From Bdellovibrionota bacterium FG-1 (GTDB lineage Bacteria > Bdellovibrionota > UBA1018): 64,000 nt of DNA. The DNA lies in the NCBI GenBank assembly GCA_051382295.1, contig JBBCAW010000005.1:62367-126366 (forward strand). The letters run 5' to 3'. The notes beneath the pieces were generated by a model. The model had not been told where the DNA came from. It ran no database searches and worked only from the letters and a program-made list of their open reading frames with translations. The first letter of the stretch is position 1. Every line of letters begins with the position of its first letter. Position numbers and translations under genes: made by a program. Below, in pieces: positions 30,829-40,477 of this stretch.

Positions 30829-32845
30829 GCGATCGCCTTACCTTTTCAATTTCTTCTTGGAAGTTTTGAGTCATGGAGCGTTCTTTCTCCTCGTGCTGTG
30901 CTAGAAGCTGGGCGATTCGTTGTTCGTATTGCCGAGACTGATCTTCTAGCCCGGTTCTCACTTTTCGCTCCCCCTCGCGCTGGGTCAGTTGCAGCTGGGA
31001 TCGAAGTTCATCGATTCGCTCATCATAATCGATTTTTTGATCCGCGATCTTCTTATCATACTCACGAATAGTTTCATTTTGTTTTGAGGCAAAGTTTCGA
31101 TGAGCCATTTTAGACTGAAAATCGGCTTCTTGCCTGAAAGCGCCCATTTTGGTGGCCGCGTCGTCTCGCACGGCCTGGATCATGGTTTCGAATTCATTGC
31201 GTTGGCGCTGGTTCATTTGCGAGAAGGAGCGGTTCATGCCTTCGGTCTCGCGCGAATGATCGTAGTCTCGATTGCGTATAGCTTCTTCTTTTTCTAATTC
31301 GACGGCAGAGGCATGTTCGCGGAATCGACCAATTTCTTGCTGACGCGTGAGCAGGTTGTCCCGTTCCTGTTTGGTTAGAACCTGCGTATGTTCCTCATCG
31401 GTGGTGTGCATCCGGTCCGAGTAATTATTCCGCATCTGTTCAAGTGCGCGCCGAGAACGCTCCGTCTCGGCGTTCATGGTTTTGTCGTATTCTTTGGTGA
31501 TCGACTTCCTTACCGCGTTTTCTACTGCTGGAGTGACTTCTGAAGTGTCTTGTACCGTCGCTTTACGTTGAAGCTCTTTTTCAAGGCGTTGAACCTTATC
31601 GTTGGCGGTGATGTTAGAGGCCTCGGTGCTCTCCCGAAATACTTTGGCTTGATTTTGAAGGGCTACATGTCGTTGTTCATTCACTCCGGTGAGGGCGGTT
31701 TCCAACTGGTCTTGGGCTTTAACTCGGTCGTTTTTCATGCGACTTTCGAGATCTAAATTGCTTTTTTCGTAGCGCGAAATAATATCTTTTTGTTGTTCGT
31801 GGTTTTCGTTGCCGACTTTGGACATCAAGGCTGCAAAGCGAGTGTCTTTTTCTTTCGTGTTTCGTCCGTTGCTGGCCGTGAAATAATTTTCAGTCTCCTT
31901 TATTTTTTGGCGGGTGCGATCCATTTCTCGTGCATGGCTGTCTTGTTCAATTTCCAGCTTGGCCCGCCATTCATCATTATATTCCTTGACTGCATCTGCC
32001 GTGCCTTGACCTTTTTCCTTGACGTAAACCCCTTCACTGGCGACGAGGTCTTTCATTTGATCGCGGAGCGCGGTCGTTTGCTCAGCGTTGGTTTGAGTCA
32101 TTTTTTGAGTCAAATCTTCCAGTTTATTAGTGCTGTCGCGGTGGTTTTTATTGATGCGGCTTTCGATGGCGGATTCATCATGAAAGCGCTGATTTTCGAG
32201 GCTTTTTTCAGAATCGGCCACGATTTTTTCGAGTTCGCGGTGCTGCGCGGCCGCATCTTTCATTCGGTCTTGGTTGAGTCCATCGTATCTTTTTTGCAGT
32301 TCGTGCCGTTGCTCATCTCCGGCACTGCGATCTTTTTGGAAGGCTTGAGAAAAGTTTTCCTGGGAGGTTTGCCGAGCCTCTTGCATCGCACGCTCCATTT
32401 TGGCGCCATCGCTGCGGCTCATTTCCTCCATTTGTTTGCTTTGTGTGTCCTCGGACGCCTTCATGTTTCGGACGTCGTTTTCGTGAAGAAGGGCCGAGCT
32501 CTCGACCGTCTGCTGTAAGAGCTGCTTGTATTTGTCCGCTTCGTCGGTCTTGATGCGGCCGAAACGGTCATAATTGGACCTTTTCATCTGATCCAATTCG
32601 GCCCGATCGCCTTCACGGCTTCGAGTTGAGGACTCCTGAAAGTCGTCTCGAATTTTTTCAACCGCCTGATCTGATTTTTCTTGATGCTTATTGATCGAGT
32701 TGCGATAGCCTTTTTCGATTTCGTCGACTCGTTCTCTGCCTCTTTGCTCGTTCCGGGCGTAATCCCGCTTGAGTTCGTCCTCGAGCTCGTTGATGTGTTT
32801 CATGTAGTAGCTGTTATTGCCATCGGACGGGGTCACGGAAGCCAT
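30800..32845 (-). CDS. 681-aa highly charged coiled-coil protein
   Basis: Long ORF, E/K/R/Q/D-rich heptads, no TM segment. Confidence 0.85.
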   Translation of the reverse strand: MASVTPSDGNNSYYMKHINELEDELKRDYARNEQRGRERVDEIEKGYRNSINKHQEKSDQAVEKIRDDFQESSTRSREGDRAELDQMKRSNYDRFGRIKTDEADKYKQLLQQTVESSALLHENDVRNMKASEDTQSKQMEEMSRSDGAKMERAMQEARQTSQENFSQAFQKDRSAGDEQRHELQKRYDGLNQDRMKDAAAQHRELEKIVADSEKSLENQRFHDESAIESRINKNHRDSTNKLEDLTQKMTQTNAEQTTALRDQMKDLVASEGVYVKEKGQGTADAVKEYNDEWRAKLEIEQDSHAREMDRTRQKIKETENYFTASNGRNTKEKDTRFAALMSKVGNENHEQQKDIISRYEKSNLDLESRMKNDRVKAQDQLETALTGVNEQRHVALQNQAKVFRESTEASNITANDKVQRLEKELQRKATVQDTSEVTPAVENAVRKSITKEYDKTMNAETERSRRALEQMRNNYSDRMHTTDEEHTQVLTKQERDNLLTRQQEIGRFREHASAVELEKEEAIRNRDYDHSRETEGMNRSFSQMNQRQRNEFETMIQAVRDDAATKMGAFRQEADFQSKMAHRNFASKQNETIREYDKKIADQKIDYDERIDELRSQLQLTQREGERKVRTGLEDQSRQYEQRIAQLLAQHEEKERSMTQNFQEEIEKVRRSHVINPSKKS

Positions 32846-32869
32846 GCATTTGTCTCCAATGTGCTGTTG

Positions 32870-32886
32870 AGCAAGCTTCGTGCCGA
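32870..32886 (-). promoter_or_regulatory. sigma54 promoter of the coiled-coil protein gene
   Basis: Minus strand TCGGCACGAAGCTTGCT, ~25 nt upstream of ATG. Confidence 0.75.
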
Positions 32887-33027
32887 ACTTACCGTTTCGG
32901 CCTTGATCAAAAATTTCTTTAATTTCATGTACGGCGGATCGAAAAACGAGTTCATTTCTGCGAGCAAATAAAAATCTCTGGGTAAAAATTTCCGTTGAGG
33001 CAATTGTTGCCTACTGACCGCTGAGTG

Positions 33028-33582
33028 CTAAAACCTTGAACCCTCGATGGCTTTTTTAGTTTTTTCTTCTTCCAGATAAGTCAGCTTCATTCGGACAAAA
33101 ATAATCCGCCCGATTCGATAGAGTAGCGTGTTTTCGTCGATCGTGTCGGTCTCCATAGGACGCCAGCCTTCCAAAACGTCGCGCTGAACGAGCTGCTCTT
33201 TCTGCACAGACACTTTGACCGAGGGTTGGCCGTTGTAAAAACCTTTGGCGACATTCACTCGAAAACGGTATTGAGCCTTGAGATAGGAGTCTTGGCCGCC
33301 AAAGGAATCGACAAAGTTTTTCTCGGCCGTATTTTCGTTCCATTTGGTCTGAACGTAACCGCCCTCGCGGTTGGAAACATCCAGGCGGCTCATTTTGAGT
33401 GAATCGAGGACTGCCTGCCAAGCAGTATTGAAATCAGTGAGGTAGATGCGGTGAAACACTTGGGCGGTGTCTTCGCCCATGCTTTGTTTATACGCGGTCA
33501 CACAACCCGATGCATTAAAAATCAATGCCGCGAGGGTCGCCAGAATCATGACCAGGCTGATCCGCTGAGGGGTTTGGTGCAT
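33028..33582 (-). CDS. Lipoprotein, possibly BamC/NlpB-like domain
   Basis: ASGC lipobox; NREGGYVQTKW pattern. Confidence 0.6.
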   Translation of the reverse strand: MHQTPQRISLVMILATLAALIFNASGCVTAYKQSMGEDTAQVFHRIYLTDFNTAWQAVLDSLKMSRLDVSNREGGYVQTKWNENTAEKNFVDSFGGQDSYLKAQYRFRVNVAKGFYNGQPSVKVSVQKEQLVQRDVLEGWRPMETDTIDENTLLYRIGRIIFVRMKLTYLEEEKTKKAIEGSRF

Positions 33583-33614
33583 CTCTATTCTAGTTTGGCC
33601 CCGAGTGGGCCGGA

Positions 33615-33733
33615 GTGCAAGTTCGGTTTCGCGGTGAGTTGTTTCGCGAAAGCAAACCTCCTGTTTTTACACAACTACCGCCATCCATGGCTGTTGTGAT
33701 TTTCGCGAAACAACTCACCGCAAAACCTTGCGC
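33615..33733 (-). repeat. Branched palindromic element with two GGA-loop hairpins
   Basis: 27-bp inverted repeat (33625-33651 vs 33701-33727, 1 mismatch) enclosing minus-strand GCCATGGATGGC and AACAGGAGGTT hairpins. Confidence 0.8.
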
Positions 33734-33778
33734 GCACAAAAAGGTGGTTCCCGCTTTCAGCGGGGACTTCTTTAAATG

Positions 33779-35254
33779 TCAGTTCAGTGGGGAGGAATTT
33801 TCGCCAATATGGGCACCCGCCCGCGAAAATCTTTGAAGCCCCTGCATGATGGTTTGCCCATCCAAGGAGCCGTTGTCAAAGCCCGGCCCAAAATCCAGGC
33901 TCATGACCGAGTACGAAGTGGCTTTTTCTAAGCCCAAGCCGCGCTGGGCGGGCACTTGTGTTTGCCCAGCTCCCGGCAGGACAAACACATACCAAAGAGG
34001 GATGGTTTGAGCTTGGTAGACGACTGCCGATACACCCGTCGAGAGGGCTGGGACTGAAATCCAATCAGGAATCGAGGGGGCATCAGGGCGTTCCTCGGTC
34101 GTCAAAAAATCACCAGGATTGACGTCGGCGCCTGCGTTTTGGGTTACGATGCCGCTCAGCCTCCGACCTTTTCCGCTTTGGGCGATGGTGACCACATCGT
34201 GGGTTTTTCCGATGGATGAGTCTGCGCTGCTTAGTGATACCGTCCGGTTTTGGTCCGGGTGATCACTGCTTCGCGCCAGCTTGATGTCCGTAGGCATGAG
34301 GATTTCTCGATCGCCATGAATATCGGTCACGGCTGCTACAATCACATCGGCTTCGAAGGGTGGATTTTTTACGCTGACTCGATGGCAGGGACGTAACCTG
34401 AATGCAGCGTTGACATCGATGGAGCGATCTCCTTCGGTGGTGACGACGTCACTCAGGCCTGAACGTTGAAATTTCAGTTTGTTGAGGAGATTCAGAGATA
34501 GTTTTCCGCCGCCTTGAATCATGGCTAAAACATCGGTGGTGGCGATGGTGCCTTGGACGGTCGCTAGGCGGATTGATCTATTTTTAAGGATGGGGAGTCG
34601 ATAGGTGGGCTTATTGAGGGTGATAGAACCAAAGAAAATCGAAATGTCCTGCTCAGGAAGGATGAGGTTGGAGGGGATCTCGTGGCTGCCAAAAACATCG
34701 ATCGTATCCTTAAGAGGGGAGATGAACGAAGAGGCATCAAAATGGATTAGGTCAAAAACGCTGAGGCTTTTGAATACCAACCCGGCGCTAATGACATCCG
34801 AATTGGGGCGTGGAGCCCATCCGGTCATTTGACCTGAAAATGTCACCCATTCGGTCAGGGGAAGTGGCTTGAGGTAGACGGTGAGTTGGGGGCTCTGGAT
34901 TCCGACTAGGGAGAGAGTGGAAAAACCTTCTCTTGAGACGGTCAGTGCGGGATGGCGGGTGAGTGCTCCTCGAAACAGCAGGGTTCCATCTTGTCCGGTT
35001 ATTCCGCGGGCGGCGGAATCTTCGTCTTTGAGTGTATCTGCGAGGGTGATTTTGGCATCGCTGAGAGGAAGGCCATTCTCCTCATCTAAAACGAGGACTG
35101 CAAGGTCATCTAAAGCCGCCCCCGGGGGCCGAGCTTGGCTTAGGCTAAATCCAAGGGTTTCGGCCTGAGCGTTGTGCCCCATCCAAAGAAGGGTTCCAGC
35201 GGCAAATCCTAGAAGTGTACAGCCCCAGAGTAGTGGATGTTTTTTAGTAGTCAT
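33779..35254 (-). CDS. Exported hypothetical protein, possibly with a carboxypeptidase-regulatory-like N-terminal domain
   Basis: Signal peptide ending AQA; GLPLSDAKI...TGQDG pattern. Confidence 0.75.
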   Translation of the reverse strand: MTTKKHPLLWGCTLLGFAAGTLLWMGHNAQAETLGFSLSQARPPGAALDDLAVLVLDEENGLPLSDAKITLADTLKDEDSAARGITGQDGTLLFRGALTRHPALTVSREGFSTLSLVGIQSPQLTVYLKPLPLTEWVTFSGQMTGWAPRPNSDVISAGLVFKSLSVFDLIHFDASSFISPLKDTIDVFGSHEIPSNLILPEQDISIFFGSITLNKPTYRLPILKNRSIRLATVQGTIATTDVLAMIQGGGKLSLNLLNKLKFQRSGLSDVVTTEGDRSIDVNAAFRLRPCHRVSVKNPPFEADVIVAAVTDIHGDREILMPTDIKLARSSDHPDQNRTVSLSSADSSIGKTHDVVTIAQSGKGRRLSGIVTQNAGADVNPGDFLTTEERPDAPSIPDWISVPALSTGVSAVVYQAQTIPLWYVFVLPGAGQTQVPAQRGLGLEKATSYSVMSLDFGPGFDNGSLDGQTIMQGLQRFSRAGAHIGENSSPLN

Positions 35255-35333
35255 ACGGTTTCCCCCGGCAGCAGACTAATGGGGTGATTTCGTTCTTGTC
35301 AAGAAATAGGGGGCACCATAACGTAGCTAGAGT

Positions 35334-36356
35334 ATGGTGCCTTCTATTGATATTCTTGCCGAGGTGGGTCGAGTCTTGAATCTCGAGGGCCAGGCCATCT
35401 TGGATTGTTCTCAGCGGCTCACTCAAACGGTGGACTCGCCTGCTGCCCTCGCTGTTCTTCGCGCAGTCGAGTTGATGGCGCACGCGCTTGAGAGCGGCGG
35501 AAAGATTATTGTGAGCGGGGTGGGGAAATCCGGCAAAGTGGGGCAAAAAATCGCCGCTACGCTCTGCAGCACGGGGAGTTTGGCGGTTTTTCTTCATCCG
35601 ACTGAAGGGCTTCATGGAGATCTCGGAGTCTTGGGTGCTCAGGATGTTGTTTTGGCGTTGAGCTATACGGGTAACACAGAGGAGTTGGTGAAACTCCTTC
35701 CGTCCATTAAGAGCCAAGGGGTTCCTGTTATTGGGTTGGGGGGAAATGCTCGATCTCGCATAGCGTCGCAATGTGATGTCTGGGTGGATGGCTGGGTGGA
35801 TCAAGAAGCCTGTCCTCATAATTTGGTGCCTACATCCAGTACTACGCTTGCCCTCGCCTTGGGTGATGCCTTTGCGGTCGCGCTCATGCAGCTTCGGGGT
35901 TTTGATGTTCAGTCTTTTGCTAAAAATCATCCAGGGGGATCTCTGGGGAGGCGGCTCAATTTGCGAGTTCAGGATGTGATGCATCAAGGACAAGCTGTTC
36001 CGACCGTCGCGATTCAGACCTTAATGGATGAAGTTGTCGTTCTGATGACCCAAAAAAAGCTCGGGGCCGTTCTAGTGGTTCAGCGGGACACAGGGGGGCA
36101 GGGTGAGCGGATGTTGGGTATCATTACTGAGGGAGACTTGAGGCGAGCGCTCCAGTATCGCGAAAAGTTTTTTCAGCTCAAGGCAGGCGATGTCATGACT
36201 GCTCAGCCGATTACCGCGCACCCTGAAATGATGGCTAAGGCGGCTCTCGATTTGATGGAAAATCGACCCAGCCAGATCAGCGTGCTCCCCGTCGTAGACG
36301 AAGCCGGGAGCTGGAAAGGCCTAGTTCGGGTGCATGATCTTATTTCCAGTTTTTGA
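35334..36356 (+). CDS. kdsD: Arabinose-5-phosphate isomerase (KpsF/GutQ family)
   Basis: GVGKSG, HGDLG, PTSSTT, HPGGSLG, CBS pair. Confidence 0.93.
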   Translation: MVPSIDILAEVGRVLNLEGQAILDCSQRLTQTVDSPAALAVLRAVELMAHALESGGKIIVSGVGKSGKVGQKIAATLCSTGSLAVFLHPTEGLHGDLGVLGAQDVVLALSYTGNTEELVKLLPSIKSQGVPVIGLGGNARSRIASQCDVWVDGWVDQEACPHNLVPTSSTTLALALGDAFAVALMQLRGFDVQSFAKNHPGGSLGRRLNLRVQDVMHQGQAVPTVAIQTLMDEVVVLMTQKKLGAVLVVQRDTGGQGERMLGIITEGDLRRALQYREKFFQLKAGDVMTAQPITAHPEMMAKAALDLMENRPSQISVLPVVDEAGSWKGLVRVHDLISSF

Positions 36357-36630
36357 ACACTCTAGCGAGAACTCGTGTTCTTCGTGCGGAGGCCCCCTGG
36401 CTTGGCGCCAGGAGAAGGCCTACCCCTTGGTGACACAGATTTTATTTGGGGCCAGTTTTTTGGTTTTTATGCTTGTTGCCGAGAAGTGGTTTGGCCGGGG
36501 TAAACATAGGGGCGTGTTATTCAGTTGGGTTGGAATTCAGGTTTTTTTGGGTGTGAATTTGATTTTGGGCAGGATCCGAGCAAAAAGGCGAATTTTACGT
36601 TGCATCCGTTGCAGTCAGGATCTACGATAA
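36334..36630 (+). CDS. Small two-TM protein flanked by CxxC pairs
   Basis: CSSC...two hydrophobic segments...CIRC. Confidence 0.55.
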   Translation: MILFPVFEHSSENSCSSCGGPLAWRQEKAYPLVTQILFGASFLVFMLVAEKWFGRGKHRGVLFSWVGIQVFLGVNLILGRIRAKRRILRCIRCSQDLR

Positions 36631-36664
36631 AACAGTAAAATTTTTTTAACTAAGGAGACAGCGA

Positions 36665-37747
36665 GTGACTCATCGGCAACCTCATAAAAATTACTTCTCT
36701 CTCAGCCTGGCCACTGTGCTTTTGACCGCCGGGGCTTTTGCGATTGTTTCAGCCTGCACGGATCAACAGGCCAAGGCTAAGCCCAATATTGTGCACAAAA
36801 CAGCCCCTAAGCCGGGTGTGGTTGCCAAGATTGGCAATGACGAGATCACCGAAGCGCAATTGATTGGTGATGATAAACTTGATTTTTTTGATCTCAAAAA
36901 GCGCGAATACGATCTTAAGATGGATCGGCTGAATAAACTCATGGTGGATCGATTGATTGGTGCTGAAGCTAAGGCCGCCAATATGAGCACCGAAGATTTT
37001 ATTAATAAAAAGGTCATTGGTGGCGCCATCAAGATCTCAGACAGCGATTATAAAAAGTTTGTCGCTGAGAAGCATATTCCGGACAGCCAGATTAATCCGC
37101 AGATCAAAGAGCGCATTCAATCTTACCTGCAAAACATTAAGAAGCAGGATCTCGTTCAGGCTCATATTGCTAAATTGACCAAAGGCTCCCCAGTTGAGGT
37201 TTACTTCAACAAACCCAAGATGGAAGTCAAAGTGGAAGCGGGCAATTCGCCAGGCTTTGGCTCCGACAAGGCGCCGATCCAAGTGGTCGAGTTCTCGGAT
37301 TTCCAATGTCCTTTTTGCTCCCGCGGAGCAGACGTAGTGCATGAGCTGAAAAAGAAGTATGGCAGTAAGATGCACTTTGCGTTTAAACAATTTCCGCTTC
37401 CGATGCATAAGGATGCTCGTGGCGCTGCGGAGGCCTCTCTTTGCGTGAATGACCAAAGCTCAGACAAATTTTTCAAGTTTCATGACGTTTTGTTCAAAAA
37501 TCAAGACAAGCTGGATGCGGTTAACCTTGAAAAGTTTGCTAAGGAAGCTGGCGCCAATGTGGACAAGTTCAAGCAATGCATAAGCAGCAAGAAGTTCGCA
37601 AAGGTGGTTCAAGATGAATTGGAATATGGCGAAAAGATTGGTGTAAAATCCACACCGACCTTCTTTGTGAATGGCCAATTAGTCGCTGGTGCGGTTCCGA
37701 TTGAACAGTTTGCTGAGATCATCGAAGATGATCTCGATAAGAAATAA
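36665..37747 (+). CDS. DsbA/DsbG-like thioredoxin-domain lipoprotein
   Basis: VSAC lipobox; EFSDFQCPFC; STPTFFVNG cis-Pro loop. Confidence 0.9.
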   Translation: MTHRQPHKNYFSLSLATVLLTAGAFAIVSACTDQQAKAKPNIVHKTAPKPGVVAKIGNDEITEAQLIGDDKLDFFDLKKREYDLKMDRLNKLMVDRLIGAEAKAANMSTEDFINKKVIGGAIKISDSDYKKFVAEKHIPDSQINPQIKERIQSYLQNIKKQDLVQAHIAKLTKGSPVEVYFNKPKMEVKVEAGNSPGFGSDKAPIQVVEFSDFQCPFCSRGADVVHELKKKYGSKMHFAFKQFPLPMHKDARGAAEASLCVNDQSSDKFFKFHDVLFKNQDKLDAVNLEKFAKEAGANVDKFKQCISSKKFAKVVQDELEYGEKIGVKSTPTFFVNGQLVAGAVPIEQFAEIIEDDLDKK

Positions 37748-37779
37748 GTCCGTTATTTTTTCTTTCAGTCTTATGAGTT

Positions 37780-37810
37780 GCGGGCGTCCTTCGGGGCGCC
37801 CGTTTTATTT
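37780..37810 (+). terminator. Intrinsic terminator
   Basis: GCGGGCGTCC-TTCG-GGGCGCCCGT followed by TTTATTT. Confidence 0.85.
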
Positions 37811-37838
37811 GACGCAGATCTCAACCAAAAGGTACGGC

Positions 37839-38555
37839 CTACTTTTTAAGCTTCTGAACCCGTGCGCTCAGCGAAGCCCCTTTTTTCGGGGTTATTCCCG
37901 TTAATTTTTCGAGCGTCGTGACGGTTTGGGTGAGAAGGTCAGGATCCTGAGAGTGCTCTAAAAGGGGTTTCAGGCGTGAAATGATTGTAGTTGCTTGAAG
38001 TGAGGCTAGCACCGCCAGTGCTTTTTGTGGAATCCATTGAGCCTTTCCGTTGTGGTAATTCGCCGGCTGTTCAAGAATGTCGGCGAGTGCTTCAGCGGTC
38101 CCTGGAGGGTGGAGTTTTTTAGCAGCCTCCACTGCTTCGGCGCGTACCACGAGGGCGGGATCTTTTAAAAGCGGCAAGATGGCTGGGGCCGTTGTCGGTT
38201 GGTTGAGCGCACTCAAGATTCGAAGGGTTCCTGCACGGATCATCCATGAAGAATCTTTGAGAAACGGAACAAACAAAGATGCCGCAGCGGGGCCTCCGAG
38301 TTTGGCTGCTCCCATGAGGGCAATATAGCGGTGCGAGTCCTGAATATTTTGACTGGCGACTTCAAGAAGCGGGGCGACAGCCAGGGTTCCGTAATTCGTT
38401 TGCCAGTGTCGCAACAGGGGTTCAAAAGAAGGCGCTGAACGAGTGGTGATTTCTCGCGTGAGCATGGGTGCGCTAGGAGTGGTAGGAATAGGCATGGCAA
38501 AAGCCGCAGCGGTACCCAAAAAACCCAAAGCGCCAAAAACGCCGATATTTGTCAT
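37839..38555 (-). CDS. HEAT-repeat exported protein
   Basis: LKDSSWMIRA and LLKDPALVVRAEA repeats; signal peptide. Confidence 0.8.
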   Translation of the reverse strand: MTNIGVFGALGFLGTAAAFAMPIPTTPSAPMLTREITTRSAPSFEPLLRHWQTNYGTLAVAPLLEVASQNIQDSHRYIALMGAAKLGGPAAASLFVPFLKDSSWMIRAGTLRILSALNQPTTAPAILPLLKDPALVVRAEAVEAAKKLHPPGTAEALADILEQPANYHNGKAQWIPQKALAVLASLQATTIISRLKPLLEHSQDPDLLTQTVTTLEKLTGITPKKGASLSARVQKLKK

Positions 38556-38574
38556 ACTTTTGGACTAATCCTTA

Positions 38575-39600
38575 TTAGCTGTTCAACATTTTTTCGAATT
38601 CGGCAACGAGATCAGCATCCGATTTAGCAGCCGGGGGCGGTGGTGCGGGTGTTGCTGCGGGAGGGGGGGTTGGAGCGGCTGCTGGAGCCGGAGCAGCTGG
38701 TGCTGCCATGACGGGCGCCGCAGCTGGCGCTTGCTGAATGCTCTTTTCAACCTGGTCCACCAGAGCTTCAAAGTTGACTGAATCATCAACCGGAGCCGGG
38801 GCGACCGGAGCGGGTGTTGCTGCGGTTGGGGCGGCAGGAGCTGCTTCTTGCGCCGCCATCGCGGCTTCGAGTGCCGCATCTGCCGTGGCTTGAGCGGCAG
38901 CCGTTGGATCCATAGCCGCCACTGGAGCGGCAGCAAGCGGGGTTGCCGCTGTGCTGCCCTTTGTCGCTAGTTGAGCTTTGAGTTGTGCGTTTTCTTGCTG
39001 AAGGCGTTTGAGATTGGCCAGATCATCTTCGATGACGCTGTATTCAGCCAGTTTGGCTTCCAACATTTTAATTTTTTCTTGCAGCTCTGAATTACCGGCA
39101 CTCGCGTTGGGAGCTCCGGCTTTGCTACCGGAGACCTTGGCCGCTGCAAGTTCGGTTTCAAGTCGAGCTTTGTCGGCTACGATCTCTTCCATGGCTTGGG
39201 CCTGTTCGGAAATCGCGGCTTCAAGCGCGGCTAGTTGCGCAACGGCGTGAGGATCTCGGGCTGAACTGTCGGCTGGCGCCGCAGTCATGGGCACCACGGG
39301 AGTGGTTGCAGCAAATGATCCCCCTGTTACGCGGAGAGCAGTAATGGAGACTGCTGGAATTTCGTCGCCAGCCAGTAGTCCAAAAAGTTGGATACGTAGC
39401 TGTTCCGCGTCCACGATGAGTTCAGTGAGAACGCCCTTCACGAGATTCGTGGATGGCTGCGGGCCAAGTACACCGTATTTGCGTTTTTTGAGAATCCAAA
39501 ATGCCGCATAGGAAGCACAAAGCGTGAAAATAAAAAGCAACTCAAAGAGCAGTGCTTCGGGTGTAAACTTGGAAAATAGGTAGATCCAAGATGCCATCAA
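38575..39600 (-). CDS. Membrane-anchored coiled-coil protein with Ala/Pro-rich linker
   Basis: N-terminal TM, heptads, C-terminal DLVAEFEKML. Confidence 0.8.
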   Translation of the reverse strand: MMASWIYLFSKFTPEALLFELLFIFTLCASYAAFWILKKRKYGVLGPQPSTNLVKGVLTELIVDAEQLRIQLFGLLAGDEIPAVSITALRVTGGSFAATTPVVPMTAAPADSSARDPHAVAQLAALEAAISEQAQAMEEIVADKARLETELAAAKVSGSKAGAPNASAGNSELQEKIKMLEAKLAEYSVIEDDLANLKRLQQENAQLKAQLATKGSTAATPLAAAPVAAMDPTAAAQATADAALEAAMAAQEAAPAAPTAATPAPVAPAPVDDSVNFEALVDQVEKSIQQAPAAAPVMAAPAAPAPAAAPTPPPAATPAPPPPAAKSDADLVAEFEKMLNS

Positions 39601-39670
39601 ACAGGCCCTTCCTTTGACCTTCTTTTATTGTAAAGACCGCGAAGCGGCCTGTCAAACTTGGAATCAGGTG

Positions 39671-40477
39671 TCAGCGGTTTGACGAGATCACCTTTCGTAA
39701 GACTTTGTGAAGATAGGGGTTAGCGGCGATGATTTCACGCTGTTCTGGGTGAAAAGCACTGCCCTTGAAATCCGTTACGAGTCCGCCAGCTTCTTGTACA
39801 AGCAGGGCCCCCGCAGCGACATCCCAGGGCGAGAGTCTGCGTTCCCAAAAACCGTCAAACACCCCTCGGGCAGTGTAAGCAAGATCCAAGGCGGCACTTC
39901 CTGGGCGGCGTACCGCACGGGTGAGTGCACTTAACCGCTCGAAGGCCTCGACTTCGATTTTAAGCCAGTTCTTTTTGCGATAGGTAAAACCCGTGGTCAA
40001 AAGGGAGTCGTGAATTCGGCGGGTTTCTGAAACATGCAGCCTTTTGCCGTTGACCGTCGCGCCCTTCCCCTTCGTGGCAATATAGGTGTCATCCAGGATG
40101 GGGTGGTAAATTACCCCGACCACCACCTCGTTGTTCCATTCCGCCGCAATTGAAACACAAAACATCGGAAATCGATGGATAAAATTAGTGGTACCATCCA
40201 AAGGGTCACAAATCCAGCGGCCCATTTTACGGGAGGTTTCCGGATCTGGAGCGGATTCTTCCGTTAAAATTCCAAAAGACGGAAAGTCGCGGCGCAAAAT
40301 TTTCATCGCAGCATTTTCGGCCTCGATATCGGCATTGGTGACCAAACCTTCACCCTTTTTTTCGCGTACTTTGAGTTTTCGGCCAAAATGTTTGCGATGA
40401 ACGGCTCCCGCTGCATGGGCTGCCTCGATAGCGGTGGCTTTGAGTTGATGGAAGGAAGGCACTTTGAGTTCTTTCAT
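39671..40477 (-). CDS. suhB: Inositol monophosphatase family protein
   Basis: DPLDGTTNF, GSAALDL, PWDVAAG. Confidence 0.92.
   Translation of the reverse strand: MKELKVPSFHQLKATAIEAAHAAGAVHRKHFGRKLKVREKKGEGLVTNADIEAENAAMKILRRDFPSFGILTEESAPDPETSRKMGRWICDPLDGTTNFIHRFPMFCVSIAAEWNNEVVVGVIYHPILDDTYIATKGKGATVNGKRLHVSETRRIHDSLLTTGFTYRKKNWLKIEVEAFERLSALTRAVRRPGSAALDLAYTARGVFDGFWERRLSPWDVAAGALLVQEAGGLVTDFKGSAFHPEQREIIAANPYLHKVLRKVISSNR

Noticed and set aside
31790..32518. Hydrophobic 242-aa plus-strand ORF (likewise 35244-35993 and 43056-43766)
   Set aside because: Antisense shadows of well-supported genes.
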